DNA of 64,000 nt from Dehalococcoidia bacterium (GTDB lineage Bacteria; Chloroflexota; Dehalococcoidia; Lucifugimonadales; JAGWBF01): positions 688,114 to 752,113 of the forward strand of contig CBDFGE010000006.1 of the NCBI GenBank assembly GCA_965247055.1, in the 5' to 3' direction. The notes under the pieces were generated by a model. The model did no database searches. It was not told where the DNA came from and saw only the letters and a program-made list of their open reading frames with translations. This document shows, in pieces, positions 59,601 through 64,000 of the stretch (positions are counted from its first letter, which is position 1; each line of letters starts with the position of its first letter). Both the position numbers and the translations under genes were made by a program.

Positions 59601-62600
59601 TGCCACAGCTCTTGCAGCCCACTCAGGGTGTCACGGGGGACGACGCCACGCCCACCTTCCTGTGGACTCCCACGCCCGATCCCGAGGGACACGGCTCCTT
59701 CTACCATCTCCAGGTGACGTCGGGAGACATCCAGAACGCGCCCTACGCCATTAACCTGAACGGCGTGCGCCTCACCGAGAACACCTTCACTCCCGTAAAG
59801 CTCCTGGGGCCCTCCATCACCTACGTCTGGCGTGTCGAGTCGGTGGACGTCCTGGGCAATACCAATGGGTTCTCAGCCACGGGCGACTTCGGGGTCCTCC
59901 CTGATGCCAGCGCCCCCGCCAATCCGACGCTGGTGTTCCCAGGGGAAGGGGCCACGATTGGAGACAGCACACCCAGCTTCCGGTGGAAGCCGGTCACAGA
60001 CGACAGCGGCGTCACCTACGGAATAGAGATCTCGATAGCCTCGGGCGACCATCCGGCGACGGGCGCCTTCGCCGAGACGGTCTTCACGGCCGATGGAATC
60101 GCCGACGTTCTGGTGGCCAGAAACGGCGAGCAGGTGATCGAGTTTATCCTTCCTGACGCCAGCGCCCTGGCGGACGGCGACTACAGGTGGCACGCCGACG
60201 CGGTAGACGGCCGGGGCAACCGCAACTTCTTTAACGGGCCTTTCTTCACATTCACCGTAGGCCCAGATGCAGAGCCTCCGGCAGTGCCCACGCTGCTCCT
60301 CCCGACCTCGGGAGGCCAGACCACCGATTCCACCCCCACCTTTACGTGGGAAAGGGTTGAAGATGACAGCGGCGTGGCCTACCAGTTGCAGGTCTCCACG
60401 GCGTCCGGCGATGACTTCGACGCCTCCATAGTGCGCAACATACAGGCCTTCGACGCCAGCTTCACCCTCGAGGGGCCCCTGGACCAGGGTGGAACCGCGC
60501 CGAGGCAGTTCTGGTGGTGGGTAAGGGCCCAGGACGGAGCGGGCAACAACGGAGCGTACTCGGAGCAGTGGAGCTTCACGCTGGACGCCGTACCACCGGC
60601 CGCGCCGTCCGAGCTCACGATCGACCCCGACTCCCTCGATCCGGTGGTGGTGACCGGGACGTACACCCCAACCTTCCTGTGGGCCTTCGACAGCAGCGTG
60701 GTGCTGTACGAGCTGTTCCTGGACGGGGTGCTTGTGGGCACTAGCGCCAACATCCAGGTTGAGGCGGGGGTGGCCAGGTTCACGCCGGCCCAGCCCATCG
60801 CCTTTGGCCTGCACCACGACTTCCGTGTGAGGGCGTCCGACGGCTTCAGCAACCAGAGTCTGAGCGCGCTGTTCTTCAGCGACAACGTCAGGGCAGGCAA
60901 CCCCATCGCCACCTTCACGGTTCCCGACGCTGACTTCCTGCCGCTGGGCACCCACAGGATAGACGTGAGGGCGGCCGACAGGCTGGCGACAGAGCTGGGT
61001 AACCTGCCGGACAGGCTGGGCCACCGCAGCGACCCGGCGGTGCTGCCCTTCAACGTGACGGAGCTGGTCGTCTCCCTCGAACCTCCGGACCAGTCAATAC
61101 AGGTGGGCCAGCCGGCCACACTGAGGCTGCGGGTGGACCCGAAGGGCCTGGAGGTGGGAAGCCTGGACGTGAGGCTCACCTTCGACGGTCAGATTCTAAG
61201 TATCGTGCCCGGCGATATCGCCGCCAGCGGTGACGACGTCACCATAACAGATGTCTCGACGGGCGAAGGCACCGCGGACTTTGCCGTCAACTTTGCCACG
61301 CGGACCGAGCGGGATGACCTGGCCATCCTCACCTTCTCCACAACCTCCACGGGAACGGCGACGGTCCGGCTGGCCACCGACGACAGGCGCACCCAGTCCA
61401 GGTCCCCAGAGGGAGATCCGATACCCGCACTTCTGAGGAGTGCTACCATCACCGTATTTCAGCCCTCTGGCGGCCCCGGTGCGCCCCCACCTGCCGCTCC
61501 TGTAGCCGACGCCGGCGAAGACAAGGAGGTCAACGAAGGCGATACGGTGACCCTGGAAGGAAGCAGCGTGCCGCCGAACGTCATCTTCGGATGGAGGCAG
61601 ACCGGTGGCCCAGTCAATCTGACGCTGGATGGCGCCAACACCTCGACCGCCACCTTCGTCGCCCTAGATGACGGTGTGTACACCTTCGAGCTCTCGGCAA
61701 CGGGGGCCGGCTCCGACAGCGACGAAGTCGTGGTAACGGTCAACAACCTCAACCCCGTGGCAGAGGCCGGTAACGACCGGACGGTGGACGTGCTGGTGGA
61801 GGTGAGCCTCGAACCGGCGGCCACCTTCACCGACATCGGTACCCTGGATACCCACACCGCCACCATAGACTGGGGCGACGAGACGACCGATGCCGGTGTC
61901 GTGACCGAGGCCAACGGTGTCGGCAGCGTGGCCGCCTCCCATATCTACGAGGCCCCTGGCATCTTCACTGTTACCGTATCAGTCCAGGACGACGACGGAG
62001 GTATCGGGACCGCCGAGCTGACTCTCACTGTGACTGGCAACGTGCCGCCCGTCGCCGTCATCACCGGCAACGAGACCGCCAACGAGGGCGACGTCGTCGA
62101 TCTCGACGGCAGCGGCTCCTTCGACCCCGGGTCTCCCGAGACCATCGTCCTGTTCGAGTGGGACTTCGGCGACGGCGAGACCGCCGAAGGTCCCATCCAG
62201 GCCCACATCTACGAGGACAACGGCGAATACACGGTCACGCTGACGCTGACCGACGACGAGGCCGCCACCGGCGACGGCACCTTCGTGGTGTCGGTGGCCA
62301 ACGTGGCGCCGACGGTGTTGCCGGGAACCAGCCAGACGGGCGAGGAGGGTGATTCCATCCGGGTCACCGCCTCCTTCGCCGATGTCAGTGAAGTGGATAC
62401 CCATACCGCGTCCATCAACTGGGGCGACGGCAGCGCACCCACCGTGGTCGACCCCGCCATCACCCCTCTGGCGGTCCTGCACACGTACGAGGACGACGGC
62501 ACGTTCCTGGTGACCATAACGGTTACCGATGACGACGGGGGCACCGGCTCGGGCGACCTGAGCGCCGCCGTGACCAACCTGCCGCCCAAGGTGGACCCGG

Positions 62601-64000
62601 GTCCCGATCAGGCCAGCCTGGCGGGTAGTCCCATTACTATCGCTTCCACCTTCGAGGACCCCGGCCGCGACGATGACCACGTGGCCGTCATCGCCTGGGG
62701 AGACAATACACCGGACACTGTCATCGACCCCGCCGAAAGCCCGCTCTCGGTCCCCCACACGTACGCTGAGGCAGGGACCTTCACCGTAGAGGTGACCGTC
62801 ACCGACGACGACGAAGGGTCCGCCAGAGCCACCCTACAGGCACTCGTGGTGGCCGAAGCAGAGCTACCCGAGGGACTGGAGGCCAGCGGGATGACTCTGG
62901 TGTTGCGCGGCTTGCGCCTCCCTGAGGGTGTCGCCGCGACGCCGGATGCCGGCGAACCCGTAGGGCTACAAGTCAATGTCCGTAATACGACCGGCCAGCA
63001 GATCACCGATACGGTAATATTGTTCGCGGACAGGGGGGACGGCACCAGGCAACAGATTGCCTTCCCCGTGGACCTGCTGGGTGGAGACGATGTCACGCTA
63101 GTGCTGCCCAGCCGGAGGCCGGCGCGGGATCCTATCGTGCGGGCGGAGCCGGGGACCTACCTGATGCAGATGGGAAACCAGCTGGGCAGAATCATTATCC
63201 GGGGTATCGTCATCAGGCTGTTCACCGACGTGGTGCCCAGGCTGGCTGGTCCTGGCAACATCGTCGAAATCAGCACGGTGGCGGTCAACGAGGGCGGCAT
63301 CAGAGCGGACTTCAACGTAAACACCCAGGTGGATGACAACCCGGCCGTCGGCCCTGTCACCCTGGCCCCGGGACGCGAAGCGGACGTGGTCCGGTTCGTG
63401 CAGATACCGGACCAGCCGCCGGCGACGGGCATCACGAGCCCGGGACGCCACGACGTGCGGGTTATCGCCACAAAGGACACCGAGGAGCTGGACGAGGAGA
63501 AGGACTTCTTCGAAGTGGCAAGGGCCGCCCTAGATACACCCATACCAGTTGCCTACTCGTTCAACCCGGCTACCACCAGCGCGACGGATGCCGAAGGGAA
63601 CACATTGGTCCTGGTTCTGACGGGGGACATCAGGATCGGCGAGGGGTCCATCTCGCTATCTATACCGGTGCTGGCGCGGGCAGGAGTACAGGTATCCAGG
63701 TTCGTGGACAGGACCAGCGGCATCAGGATCATCGGTAAAGAGGTAACGTTGCCGGTGAGGGACCCAGTCACGAACGAGATTGTCCTCACGCTGAAGGGCA
63801 GACTGAATCAGAACCTGGCCGGCACGGCGGAGGGTACACAGGCCAGCGGCACATTCGAGTCCTTGCACCTGGAGACCGAAGAGAAGAGGGAGGATCTGAG
63901 CTCCGACGATCCCCTGGTCGGGAACCTCGGCGTCTCCCTGCTCGCCGGTCTGGACCGGCTGCCTGAGGACGTTAACCTGTCCCTCACCATCTCGAAGCAG
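53675..64000 (+). CDS. giant modular secreted surface protein, partial (more than 3,440 codons, runs off the window end; start codon unresolved)
   Basis: I translated every codon in the phase where codon starts are 2 mod 3, from 53675 to 64000, and found no stop. There is a signal-peptide-like N-terminus, repeated PxFxW...SGVxxY...VxAxDxxGN modules, and cohesin-, PKD- and CARDB-like blocks. The ORF is not in the supplied track. Confidence 0.85.
55528..56720 (+). other. three tandem cohesin-like modules within the giant ORF
   Basis: Each module has the form F(N/D)VT(I/V)... , VSAVDA(F/L)L(D/N)FDP..L.V , G.RLE(E/Q)VL , G(T/H)(V/I).(Y/F/I)(S/G)A , F(V/D)LA(V/T)V(R/K). Confidence 0.5.
61070..61465 (+). 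other. fourth cohesin-like module
   Basis: IQVGQPATLRLRVDP...LDVRLTFDGQILSIVPGD...GTADFAVNFA...LAILTFSTTSTGTATV. Confidence 0.45.
61495..62850 (+). other. array of about five PKD-like modules
   Basis: ADAGEDKEVNEGDTVTLEGS...; DTHTATIDWGDE...HIYEAPGIFTVTVSVQDDDGG; FEWDFGDGE...HIYEDNGEYTVTLTLTDD; THTASINWGDG...HTYEDDGTFLVTITVTDDDGG; IAWGDN...HTYAEAGTFTVEVTVTDDDEG. Confidence 0.65.
62870..63520 (+). other. two CARDB-like modules
   Basis: VGLQVNVRNTTGQQITDTVILFADRGDG...LLGGDDVTLVL...PGTYLM and NIVEISTVAVNEGGIRADFNVNTQVDD...LAPGREADVVRF...GRHDVRVIA. Confidence 0.35.

Overview
High-GC bacterial chromosomal window with strong GGAGG-type ribosome-binding sites. All family calls rest on motifs I recognise by eye; no searches were run. 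The gene content (CaiB-type CoA-transferase, acyl-CoA dehydrogenase, crotonase, ComDE-like TPP decarboxylase, DUF3179, hopanoid genes, a giant PKD/cohesin surface protein) suggests a Chloroflexota-like organism, but that is inference only.

Layout:
- 1-2.2 kb: an IS256-family copy with a frameshifted transposase, abutting a 3'-truncated MoxR ATPase.
- 3-15 kb: metabolic genes. These include a minus-strand operon for a split TPP decarboxylase with an extra degenerate beta paralog, selA, and acyl-CoA genes.
- 15.9-21.1 kb: an IS nest. Two inverted IS3-family copies and an intact IS256 copy have shredded a DUF2652 gene, a small repeat protein and an ArsM-like methyltransferase. That methyltransferase has an in-frame TGA at its conserved Cys and a SECIS-like hairpin.
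- 21.5-27.3 kb: a vWA protein, a low-GC IS1595-like island, then XdhC and MocA.
- 27.3-38.7 kb: CoA-transferase, an SDR with a perfect 93-bp in-frame tandem duplication, M24 peptidase, a TldD/PmbA pair split by a low-GC rmuC insertion, ilvD, ornithine cyclodeaminase, and a nucleoside hydrolase remnant.
- 38.9-51.3 kb: one tightly packed minus-strand array. It joins hopanoid genes (polyprenyl synthase, hpnH, hpnG, hpnA, shc, an SQS-like gene) to five sugar-type enzymes.
- 51.6-64.0 kb: a 610-aa secreted protein, followed by a giant ORF of more than 3,440 codons. This ORF is missing from the supplied ORF track because it has no stop codon inside the window. I translated it codon by codon. It encodes a modular surface protein with at least 15 Ig/Fn3-like modules, 4 cohesin-like modules, about 5 PKD-like modules and CARDB-like modules.
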